From positions 47,836 to 111,835 of the IMG/VR virus record IMGVR_UViG_3300033076_000838: a stretch of DNA of 64,000 bases; one strand, 5' to 3'. Positions 56,914-64,000 of the stretch are shown piece by piece (position 1 is the stretch's first letter; each line of letters starts with the position of its first letter). The position numbers were made by a program, and so were the translations under genes. The notes under the pieces are model-generated. The model had not been told where the DNA came from, searched no databases, and saw only the letters and a program-made list of their open reading frames with translations. Origin of the DNA: a virus. Lineage: Duplodnaviria; Heunggongvirae; Uroviricota; Caudoviricetes.

Positions 56914-58125
56914 ATGAGAAATTCTGAAATTGTGGTTGGTTTAGTTCCCAACGAGGTTTACAAGGTTGAAAAGTTTGGTTCAACATTTAAGATGATTGAC
57001 ACCAACGGAAATAAGGTTGGTACATTAGGTACATCTTTAACCCGTAAACAAGCCTTTGAAGAAGGTAAGGCAGTTCAAGCCTATGTAGATAAAAGTGGTA
57101 AAAAAACTTACCGCAAGGTTGCTATGGATGTGTATAACAATTTGGTCGTTCCTATGAATACTCAAAATGGTGGGGTTCAACACGAGGAATCAACTGACCA
57201 TTCAGCCGTTAAAGATTTTATCCACAAAAGTTCGGTTTCATTAAAACCTCGTGAGATGGTAATGACCGACCTTAAATGGAAATATTTAATTCGTTCAGCA
57301 GTTCGTGCTAAGAACATTATGATGACAGGTCCTGCTGGATGTGGTAAAACTATGGCAGCAAAGGCATTGGTTAAATCACTTTCTCGTCCTGATTTCTACT
57401 TTAACTTAGGTGCTACACAAGACCCCCGTGCTACCTTAATCGGTAATACGCACTTTGACCAAAAGAAGGGAACGTTCTTCTCTGAATCGGCATTCGTTAA
57501 AGCGATTAAGACTCCAAACGCAGTAATCTTATTAGATGAGTTGAGCCGTGCTCACCCTGATGCTTGGAACATCTTAATGACGGTGTTAGACCAAGGCCAA
57601 CGTTATTTACGTTTGGATGAAGCGGAAGGTTCACCGATTGTGAATGTTGCCGAAGGTGTTACCTTTATCGCAACTGCCAATATTGGTTCGGAATATACAT
57701 CAACTCGTGTGATTGACCGAGCTATCTTAGACCGTTTCGTAACGATTGAGATGGATGTGTTGAATGAAGAACAAGAATATGGGTTGTTAAAGTTTATGTT
57801 CCCAGATGTTGATGACTTCGAATTAAAAGCAATTTCAGAAATTGCACATCACACAAGAACTCAATCGATGAGCGAAAACGGCAAGTTGACCTCGATGATT
57901 TCGACTCGTGCTTCGGTTGAGATGGCTGGATTGATTTACGATGGTTTCAATTTGTTTGAAGCCGCAGAGATTTCAATCTTCCCATTCTTCTCTCCGGATG
58001 GTGGTGTGGATTCTGAACGTACTTATGTGAAACAATTGGTTCAAAAGTATGAGAAAGATGAAACTGGTAAACCTCTTTTCAATGAGGTTGTAGAAGATAA
58101 TGTGGATGAAATTCCGCAGTTTTAG
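56914..58125 (+). CDS. MoxR/CbbQ/NirQ-family AAA+ ATPase (CobS-like)
   Basis: 'GPAGCGKT', 'LLDELSRA', 'FIATAN', 'DRAILDRF'; start reassigned to ATG 56914. Confidence 0.9.
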   Translation: MRNSEIVVGLVPNEVYKVEKFGSTFKMIDTNGNKVGTLGTSLTRKQAFEEGKAVQAYVDKSGKKTYRKVAMDVYNNLVVPMNTQNGGVQHEESTDHSAVKDFIHKSSVSLKPREMVMTDLKWKYLIRSAVRAKNIMMTGPAGCGKTMAAKALVKSLSRPDFYFNLGATQDPRATLIGNTHFDQKKGTFFSESAFVKAIKTPNAVILLDELSRAHPDAWNILMTVLDQGQRYLRLDEAEGSPIVNVAEGVTFIATANIGSEYTSTRVIDRAILDRFVTIEMDVLNEEQEYGLLKFMFPDVDDFELKAISEIAHHTRTQSMSENGKLTSMISTRASVEMAGLIYDGFNLFEAAEISIFPFFSPDGGVDSERTYVKQLVQKYEKDETGKPLFNEVVEDNVDEIPQF

Positions 58126-58145
58126 GGTTAATCAATTATTACAAC

Positions 58146-58176
58146 TGAGCGGGGGGAGTTTCTCCCCTCACTCTTT
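58146..58176 (+). terminator. Probable terminator hairpin
   Basis: TGAG.GGGG...CCCCTCA GC-rich stem followed by CTCTTT. Confidence 0.55.
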
Positions 58177-58190
58177 AACCTTTAAGAAAG

Positions 58191-58472
58191 ATGAGCCTAA
58201 AAACATTAAATTTCGCTAATTCATTTGAATTCTTAGATGACCATAAACGATTCTTTGTTAAGTTTATGAAATGGTATTGGGAATGTAAATCAATTGAAGA
58301 TTCTCAATTCATATTTGAATTCAACACAATTGTGACATTATCCGATTATGAATTCATTTACTCGCTTTGGAAAAATGGCGTTAGTAGATATGATGATAAA
58401 ATGCAAGAACGATTGAATATCCTACGAGATATATACATTAATAACAATACAATAGTAAATGAAAGCAAATAG
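58191..58472 (+). CDS. Hypothetical protein
   Basis: 93 aa ORF. Confidence 0.6.
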   Translation: MSLKTLNFANSFEFLDDHKRFFVKFMKWYWECKSIEDSQFIFEFNTIVTLSDYEFIYSLWKNGVSRYDDKMQERLNILRDIYINNNTIVNESK

Positions 58473-58662
58473 TGAAGCATTAATATATCGAAGACAAATG
58501 ATTGAGTTTGCAGAACAATCAAAATTATCAATCACAATTCCAGCAAACATCATAGAGAATGAAACATCTGATTCCGTATTGGGTAAGATTGTTCGCGTGA
58601 TGTATGAAGAGAAATTAAAAGATGCAGAACAACGTATTGCATATTTAAAAAAACAAGAATAA
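58459..58662 (+). CDS. Hypothetical protein
   Basis: 67 aa ORF. Confidence 0.6.
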   Translation: MKANSEALIYRRQMIEFAEQSKLSITIPANIIENETSDSVLGKIVRVMYEEKLKDAEQRIAYLKKQE

Positions 58663-58665
58663 ATT

Positions 58666-58821
58666 ATGAGTAAACCTATAAATGAAGGTTGGTTAGAAAA
58701 GTTAGTAAAGAATTACAAAATACCAACAGCAACCGATACTCCAAAATCAAACAAAATTCTGACGGAATCACAATTAAAAATTATTCAAAATGGGAAAGAC
58801 AAAAAGCGAGATGATAGATAA
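58666..58821 (+). CDS. 51 aa hypothetical protein (not in ORF track)
   Basis: MSKPINEGWLEKLVKNY...KILTESQL...RDDR. Confidence 0.5.
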   Translation: MSKPINEGWLEKLVKNYKIPTATDTPKSNKILTESQLKIIQNGKDKKRDDR

Positions 58822-59104
58822 TTTATCTCAGCAAGAATTAGATGAATTATTTCGTAAACAAATCGAAGATGATGCCTATAATTATCAACAATGGCTTGAA
58901 TCTGATGATTATATCAATTATGTCAATGACCAATTAGAATTGACAACTCCAATATATTCACAAGATGATATTAGGAACGCATTAGATTGGGCAAAATCAG
59001 CAGTGAATACTGAACCAACTGAAATTGGTAAAGATGTGTATGATATTTTATTTATTGAAAAAGTTGAAGAACATTTAAACAAAATCCGTTATGATAGATT
59101 TTAA
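58790..59104 (+). CDS. Acidic hypothetical protein (true start may be ATG 58811)
   Basis: 104 aa ORF. Confidence 0.55.
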   Translation: MGKTKSEMIDNLSQQELDELFRKQIEDDAYNYQQWLESDDYINYVNDQLELTTPIYSQDDIRNALDWAKSAVNTEPTEIGKDVYDILFIEKVEEHLNKIRYDRF

Positions 59105-59591
59105 GCAGTATATTGATAATATTCCAAATTTTCCAAAAGAAGGAATTCTTTATCGAGATATTCAACCATTATTAAAAGACCAACGAGTTTTTAAAGAGGC
59201 AATCAAACGTATGGGTTCTATGGTAGAAAAACCTGATTATTGGGTTGCAGTAGAATCTCGTGGATTTTTATTTGCATCTGCATTATCCTATAAATTCGGT
59301 GGTGGTATTAAGATTATTCGTAAGAAAGGTAAATTACCAAATAATCATATCCTTTCAGTAGATTATGGATTAGAATATGGCACTGATACATTAGAGATGA
59401 CAGATGATGAAAATGATGGTGCAAAAGTGGTAATCGTAGATGATGTATTTGCAACAGGTGGAACTATGGATGCTGCAGAGGAATTATGTGAATTGGCTGG
59501 ATATAAAGTGATTGACCGATTATGTTTGGTCGATATTGGAATAAGTGATAGGACAGATGTAAAAAGTTTAATATATTATGCAAAAGATTAA
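59091..59591 (+). CDS. apt: Adenine phosphoribosyltransferase
   Basis: 'PNFPKEGILYRDI', 'VESRGF', 'RKKGKLP', 'LEYGTD', PRPP motif 'VVIVDDVFATGGT'. Confidence 0.93.
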   Translation: MIDFKQYIDNIPNFPKEGILYRDIQPLLKDQRVFKEAIKRMGSMVEKPDYWVAVESRGFLFASALSYKFGGGIKIIRKKGKLPNNHILSVDYGLEYGTDTLEMTDDENDGAKVVIVDDVFATGGTMDAAEELCELAGYKVIDRLCLVDIGISDRTDVKSLIYYAKD

Positions 59592-60144
59592 GTTATTCGT
59601 TGCGTTAGAAACGGAACTACCAAAGGAACTAATCCCAGCCGGAGTAGATGTATATTACACCGGTGTTGGTAAAATCAATGCTGCAATCAAAGCAACGGAA
59701 ATCCTTGCACCTGCCTATCAAATGTATAATACCAATACAATCGTTTTAAACTATGGTTCTGCCGGCTCAAAATCCGTAGAAACCCATTCTTTGGTAGAGT
59801 GTAAGGTCTTTGTACAAGAGGATATGGATGGGAGACCATTTGCACCTCAAAAAACCACACCATTTGATACCGAAATGTATCCACAATTGGGAGAGGAGCC
59901 GGTCTATTTTGGGGTTGGTGGGTATGTCTGCCATACACAAGACAGGTTCGAACAAAACCCGAAAAATGGGGTGTTTGATATGGAAGCATACGCTTTAGCA
60001 AAGGTTTGTAAGATATATGGGTATGATTTTAGGGCTTATAAGTTCATTTCAGATGACGGGAACGCAGATGATTGGGAAGAAAATCACCATTTAGGGGTAG
60101 AAAAATTCTTAAAAAAACTGGCAGAATATTTGGAAAATTCGTAA
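59578..60144 (+). CDS. MTA/SAH nucleosidase-like (PNP/UDP family 1) protein
   Basis: 'TGVGKINAA', 'NYGSAG', 'DMEAYALAKVC', 'FISD'. Confidence 0.8.
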   Translation: MQKIKLFVALETELPKELIPAGVDVYYTGVGKINAAIKATEILAPAYQMYNTNTIVLNYGSAGSKSVETHSLVECKVFVQEDMDGRPFAPQKTTPFDTEMYPQLGEEPVYFGVGGYVCHTQDRFEQNPKNGVFDMEAYALAKVCKIYGYDFRAYKFISDDGNADDWEENHHLGVEKFLKKLAEYLENS

Positions 60145-60162
60145 AAAGGTTGTATATTAGCT
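60129..60162 (+). promoter_or_regulatory. Variant promoter TTTG-N20-TAnnTTAG(CT)
   Basis: TTTG 60129-60132, TATATTAG 60153-60160. Confidence 0.65.
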
Positions 60163-60180
60163 TTGTAATAAGAGATAGAT

Positions 60181-60987
60181 ATGATACGATTAAAAGATTT
60201 ATTGAGTGAGGGTGAAATTAAAAACCCACTAATCAACCGATTATTGACAGAGTTAAAACCTCTAATCGCCGATATTATCGAAGATACTAAACAAAGGTAT
60301 AAAAAAGATGATAAAGTGTTTAGTGAGTATGATGCGTATTACACCGAAATAACCTTAAAATATGATATGGTTAAGGCTTTGGAAAAATACACACAACCTA
60401 CTGATAAAATGAGTGATGTTGTGGTAAAAAATTCATCCAAAGGTTCATTTGAAATCAGATGTATGATTGAAAGGGATGGTAATAAATACCCATTTAACAC
60501 CGAAGTAATTTATGCGGGTGGGTATAACATTCAAAAATTACACTTTCGTTATTTAACCAAAACAACCTTACCATATACAGGTCAAACTGCTGAAACTCAA
60601 AAGTTGAAAGCTGAATTGGCTAAGTTATCCAAAGGAGAGAAATTACAAAAAGAGATTGAAAATAACAAAAAAGTTATTGAATATAATCAAAAATTGATTG
60701 ATGTCAATTCTAAATTTAGTGATAAAGAAATTTTAGCTAAATATTACGCAGGTGATAATGTAACCGGTAAACCATACAAATGGCCAACGTGGGATGAATT
60801 AGTTAAGAATGGTGCTGCTCAGAATTATAAGAATGATGAAAAGTATTTCAATCAACAAAAGGCAGAATCCGAAGCAGATAGTATAGAATTTTGGAAAAAG
60901 AAAAATATAGTTTGGAAAAAAGAAGCTATTAAAACTGCTGAACAAAACATAGTAAAGGCACAAAAGAAATTAGATGCTTTAGTATAA
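60181..60987 (+). CDS. Putative head-internal protein
   Basis: 'MIRLKDLLSE' N-terminal motif. Confidence 0.55.
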   Translation: MIRLKDLLSEGEIKNPLINRLLTELKPLIADIIEDTKQRYKKDDKVFSEYDAYYTEITLKYDMVKALEKYTQPTDKMSDVVVKNSSKGSFEIRCMIERDGNKYPFNTEVIYAGGYNIQKLHFRYLTKTTLPYTGQTAETQKLKAELAKLSKGEKLQKEIENNKKVIEYNQKLIDVNSKFSDKEILAKYYAGDNVTGKPYKWPTWDELVKNGAAQNYKNDEKYFNQQKAESEADSIEFWKKKNIVWKKEAIKTAEQNIVKAQKKLDALV

Positions 60988-61014
60988 TAAATTTAAAACT
61001 TAAAACTTAAAATT

Positions 61015-61473
61015 ATGGGATTAGACATGTATTTGTACAAGAAAACTTACATTAGAACGGATGAATTTTACAAACCGGAAGTTCGTAATGAAGTAATCGT
61101 TAAAACTGGTGGTGAAATCGATACAAAGATTGACCCCAAAAAGATAAAGTATATAGTAGAAGAAGCCGGATACTGGCGTAAGGCAAATCAAATTCATAAA
61201 TGGTTTGTTGATAATATTCAACGTGGTGAGGATAATTGTGGTTCGTATTGGGTAAGTAGAGAAAAATTAGAAGAGTTATTAGAGTTATGTAAAAGGGTTA
61301 ATGAAGATAATTCTTTGGCAGAAGAGTTATTACCATCCGCAAGTGGATTCTTTTTCGGTGGAACTGAATACGATGAGTGGTATTACAAAGATATTGAAAA
61401 TACCATTAAAATCATAGAAGAGTGTTTATCAGATGAATCAGCAGATGATTTTGAATATTCTTCAAGTTGGTAA
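61015..61473 (+). CDS. Conserved phage hypothetical protein
   Basis: 'MGLDMYL...YWRKANQIHKWF...GFFFG...Y.SSW' pattern. Confidence 0.7.
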   Translation: MGLDMYLYKKTYIRTDEFYKPEVRNEVIVKTGGEIDTKIDPKKIKYIVEEAGYWRKANQIHKWFVDNIQRGEDNCGSYWVSREKLEELLELCKRVNEDNSLAEELLPSASGFFFGGTEYDEWYYKDIENTIKIIEECLSDESADDFEYSSSW

Positions 61474-61481
61474 AAAATAAA

Positions 61482-61513
61482 TTTGGAAAATTGAAATAAT
61501 TGTTGTATCTTTG
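61482..61513 (+). promoter_or_regulatory. Bacteroidetes-type promoter
   Basis: TTTG 61482-61485, 20 nt spacer, TATCTTTG 61506-61513. Confidence 0.75.
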
Positions 61514-61538
61514 ATATAACACAAAAATACAAAAGAAG

Positions 61539-61591
61539 TGTGGTAAAAGTCCCACCACATGGATTTTGATTGATTAATCATTAAGAGGACT
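61539..61591 (+). ncRNA. Structured 5' leader (hairpin, possible pseudoknot)
   Basis: TGTGGT/ACCACA stem; loop AGTCC complementary to GGACT at 61587-61591. Confidence 0.35.
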
Positions 61592-61605
61592 AAAAAAACA
61601 ATTTT

Positions 61606-61932
61606 ATGGCAAAAGCTATTAAGACAAAAGTTGATTACCAAGTAAGTGAATTAGTAAGCAACTTAAACGAAGCAGCAACAACTACTTCTGAGCAAAAACG
61701 TGATTTCTACACAACACGTGCATTGTACAACGCAAAAAGATTATCTACAATCTTAGGTAAAGCTAAGGTAGGTGCTATGGCATTAATCGTAGCGGTAGGT
61801 ATGACAGCATGTGGTTCAGCTACATCAGAAAACACAGCAGATTCAACTGCAGTTAAGGCTGATTCAACTGCAACAATCACAACTGATTCAACTACTGCAC
61901 CAGTTGCAGATACTACATCAGTAGTGAAGTAA
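61606..61932 (+). CDS. Lipoprotein-like protein with internal signal, Thr/Asp/Ser-rich tail
   Basis: About 55 aa N-terminal extension, then 'AMALIVAVGMTAC' lipobox and 'ADST' repeats. Confidence 0.65.
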   Translation: MAKAIKTKVDYQVSELVSNLNEAATTTSEQKRDFYTTRALYNAKRLSTILGKAKVGAMALIVAVGMTACGSATSENTADSTAVKADSTATITTDSTTAPVADTTSVVK

Positions 61933-61935
61933 TTA

Positions 61936-61978
61936 AGTGGAGCTTAAGGAGTGTAGGGTTCGAATCCCTACTCCACTC
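61936..61978 (+). ncRNA. tRNA-like minihelix (acceptor stem + T-arm, no D/anticodon arms)
   Basis: AGTGGAG/CTCCACT 7 bp stem; TAGGG-TTCGAAT-CCCTA T-arm; 11 nt linker. Confidence 0.6.
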
Positions 61979-62011
61979 AAATTTTTTTAAACTAATTAAA
62001 CATAAACTATA

Positions 62012-62278
62012 ATGAAAACTTTTAACGATTTAGAATTTAATAAATTGGATTCATTTTATAATGGAGTTCAAGCACGAGTAATCTTTGAAAATGGATATGG
62101 TGCATCAGTAGTGAAACATGATTTTTCTTATGGGGGTAAAGATGGGTTGTATGAACTTGCAGTAATAAAAGATGATGATTTGTGTTACACAACACCTGTT
62201 ACTAATGATGTTGAAGGGTATTTATCAGAAGACGAAGTAACCGAATTGTTAAAACAAATTCAAGAATTAAAATCATAA
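62012..62278 (+). CDS. Conserved phage hypothetical protein
   Basis: 'FENGYGASVV...SYGG..GLYELAV' pattern. Confidence 0.7.
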   Translation: MKTFNDLEFNKLDSFYNGVQARVIFENGYGASVVKHDFSYGGKDGLYELAVIKDDDLCYTTPVTNDVEGYLSEDEVTELLKQIQELKS

Positions 62279-62300
62279 TCACCTGAAAGGGTGATTTTTA
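62277..62300 (+). terminator. Intrinsic terminator
   Basis: AATCACCT-GAAA-GGGTGATT plus T tract. Confidence 0.75.
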
Positions 62301-62306
62301 ATTAGT

Positions 62307-62798
62307 ATGGGATACAACAAATATAGATGGTACACAAAAGGTAGACCTAATAAACCACTACCTGCAGATGCTCCACTCTTATTAAAAATACGGAATGGTG
62401 ACTTTGATTACTCTTATATGTTTAGTGAAGCTAGGATTGTTAAAGAATCCGCCAAGTTGGCTAGTGAGAATGCTTATAAGAATTATGGGGGTACGGATGA
62501 GCAAAATCGTATTGAGGCTTCTATGGAGGCAGGTAGAATGAAACGCATCAAAGCAATCAAATTAGAATTAGAAGCATTTTCAGATGAGAATAGAATTCTT
62601 TGGAGATTACAAACGGAATTACGAAAAGAGTTTGGTAAAGACCTTTGGGAAAAAGCAATGGAAAGACAGAGAGGTAATGGTACATTAGAAGACCTTTATA
62701 TGTGGTATAAAAAACAATGCAAAGAAAGTACTACCAAATCTGAAATGGATATTATATACAAACGTTCTAATACTAAGGGGTTAGACCATTTATTTTAA
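62307..62798 (+). CDS. Hypothetical protein
   Basis: 163 aa ORF. Confidence 0.65.
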   Translation: MGYNKYRWYTKGRPNKPLPADAPLLLKIRNGDFDYSYMFSEARIVKESAKLASENAYKNYGGTDEQNRIEASMEAGRMKRIKAIKLELEAFSDENRILWRLQTELRKEFGKDLWEKAMERQRGNGTLEDLYMWYKKQCKESTTKSEMDIIYKRSNTKGLDHLF

Positions 62799-62817
62799 CT
62801 TTAATATATTTATGTAT

Positions 62818-63027
62818 ATGAAAGAGTTTAGTATAAAACTCATAGAGGGTCTTATAAAAATAATGGGAACTGATTATAAAAAACTTATCGCAGTTATTCG
62901 TTCTATGAGTAATACTATTCATATTAAGACCGTACGCAATTATATCAATCTTTATTATAAGAAAAATGGAATAAAACACAAAGATATGATTGAGTATTAT
63001 TTCAAAGTAAAATGTAGAAATTTATAA
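62818..63027 (+). CDS. Hypothetical protein
   Basis: ORF after a TATTTATG motif; ATG 62818. Confidence 0.55.
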   Translation: MKEFSIKLIEGLIKIMGTDYKKLIAVIRSMSNTIHIKTVRNYINLYYKKNGIKHKDMIEYYFKVKCRNL

Positions 63028-63360
63028 ATGGATGAACCTAAAAAAATTCTAACTGTCTATATAGGAAGTAACGATATTTTTGAATGGGCAACGAATCTCG
63101 GTAAATCAGTTCTAATGCCAGAATTATTGATTGGATGTGAAGAACTACTTTACAACGATTTACTACAAGTTAAATGTCTAAGGGTTGAATCTTTTGTAAG
63201 AGGAGAACATAAGGCATTTGATTTTTCTATTTATAGAGATGGATGTGAGGATACTCTAAATAAAATTATGGAGTGGGCGTTGGAGGTTGAAGAATATGAA
63301 TATTGTCAGAGAGTAAAAAATTTATTAGAATATATAGAAGAAAGGGAAAATACGTTTTGA
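63028..63360 (+). CDS. Hypothetical protein (UvrB/C-like C-terminal helix pair)
   Basis: 'ALEVEEYEYCQRVKNLL' motif. Confidence 0.55.
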   Translation: MDEPKKILTVYIGSNDIFEWATNLGKSVLMPELLIGCEELLYNDLLQVKCLRVESFVRGEHKAFDFSIYRDGCEDTLNKIMEWALEVEEYEYCQRVKNLLEYIEERENTF

Positions 63361-64000
63361 AAATTTTAGTTATAGGTGATAATTGTACTGATGTTTTTAT
63401 ATATGGTAGGTGTCAAAGGTTGAGTCCTGAAGCACCTATACCTGTTTTTGAGCCATCCAAAACAATTACAAATGATGGTATGGCTGGAAACGTAGTTGCA
63501 AACTTACGCAAGTTAGGTGTAGAAAAAGTAGAATTGGTATGTAATCACGAACAAATTACAAAGACACGATATGTTGAAGAAAAATCAAATCAAATGTTAT
63601 TGCGTGTAGATTCTAATGATAAAGTTAGAAACACATTTGATTTAAAGAAAGTTGATTTTGATTCATACGATGCAGTAGTAGTTGCAGATTACGATAAAGG
63701 ATTCCTAACACTATCAGATGTTGAAGAAATATCAAAACTTGCAAAATTATCATTTATTGATACTAAAAAGGTAATAGAGCACAATTATTTTAAAAACTAT
63801 ACATTCGTTAAAATGAATGAGGTTGAGTGGGAAAATTGTGTTAAACATGGTGCAAAATATGATGAGTGGGAAGAAAAACTAATTGTAACGATGTCCGAAA
63901 GAGGATGTATGTATCAACGTAAAAGATATTCAGTTGATAATTCAATAGAGGTTAGGGATTTAAGTGGAGCAGGAGATACTTGGATGGCATCGTTTGTAGT
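63357..64000 (+). CDS. PfkB-family sugar kinase, HldE/RfaE domain I-like (3'-truncated by window; not in ORF track)
   Basis: TTG start; 'KILVIGDNCTDVFIYG...RLSPEAPIPV', 'GMAGNV', 'DLSGAGDT'. Confidence 0.85.
   Translation, partial: MKILVIGDNCTDVFIYGRCQRLSPEAPIPVFEPSKTITNDGMAGNVVANLRKLGVEKVELVCNHEQITKTRYVEEKSNQMLLRVDSNDKVRNTFDLKKVDFDSYDAVVVADYDKGFLTLSDVEEISKLAKLSFIDTKKVIEHNYFKNYTFVKMNEVEWENCVKHGAKYDEWEEKLIVTMSERGCMYQRKRYSVDNSIEVRDLSGAGDTWMASFV

Overview
An AT-rich, very gene-dense 64 kb segment, almost entirely on the + strand (one small minus-strand unit at about 53.7-54.1 kb). It is most consistent with a large lytic tailed phage of a Bacteroidota host (inference). Phage evidence: T4 gp44/gp62-like clamp loader genes, a GH19 endolysin, and many small proteins with capsid-targeting-like N-termini and (L/I/V)xE processing motifs. 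Host evidence: 12 promoters of the Bacteroidetes TTTG-N20-TAnnTTTG type or a TAnnTTAG variant, Q-rule signal peptides, DUF4494 and T9SS-CTD-like domains. Contents in order: an Oar-type TonB-dependent receptor; GroEL/GroES; clamp loader, PD-(D/E)XK nuclease and dUTPase; a ~13 kb sugar-modification island; an envelope/surface module (two CsgG/HfaB-like proteins, two cohesin+dockerin-like proteins, one with a C-type lectin, stand-alone T9SS-CTD-like lipoproteins, a Ser-rich linker beta-barrel protein); spanin-like overlapping genes; putative head-internal polyproteins; endolysin; APS kinase/nucleotidyltransferase/amidinotransferase; ferredoxin; a DNA methyltransferase fused to NUMOD1-like repeats; a VWA/MoxR pair behind duplicated tandem promoters; an APRT/MTAN pair; a tRNA-like minihelix; and a truncated HldE-type kinase at the window end. 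All family assignments come from motif recognition by eye; no database searches were run.
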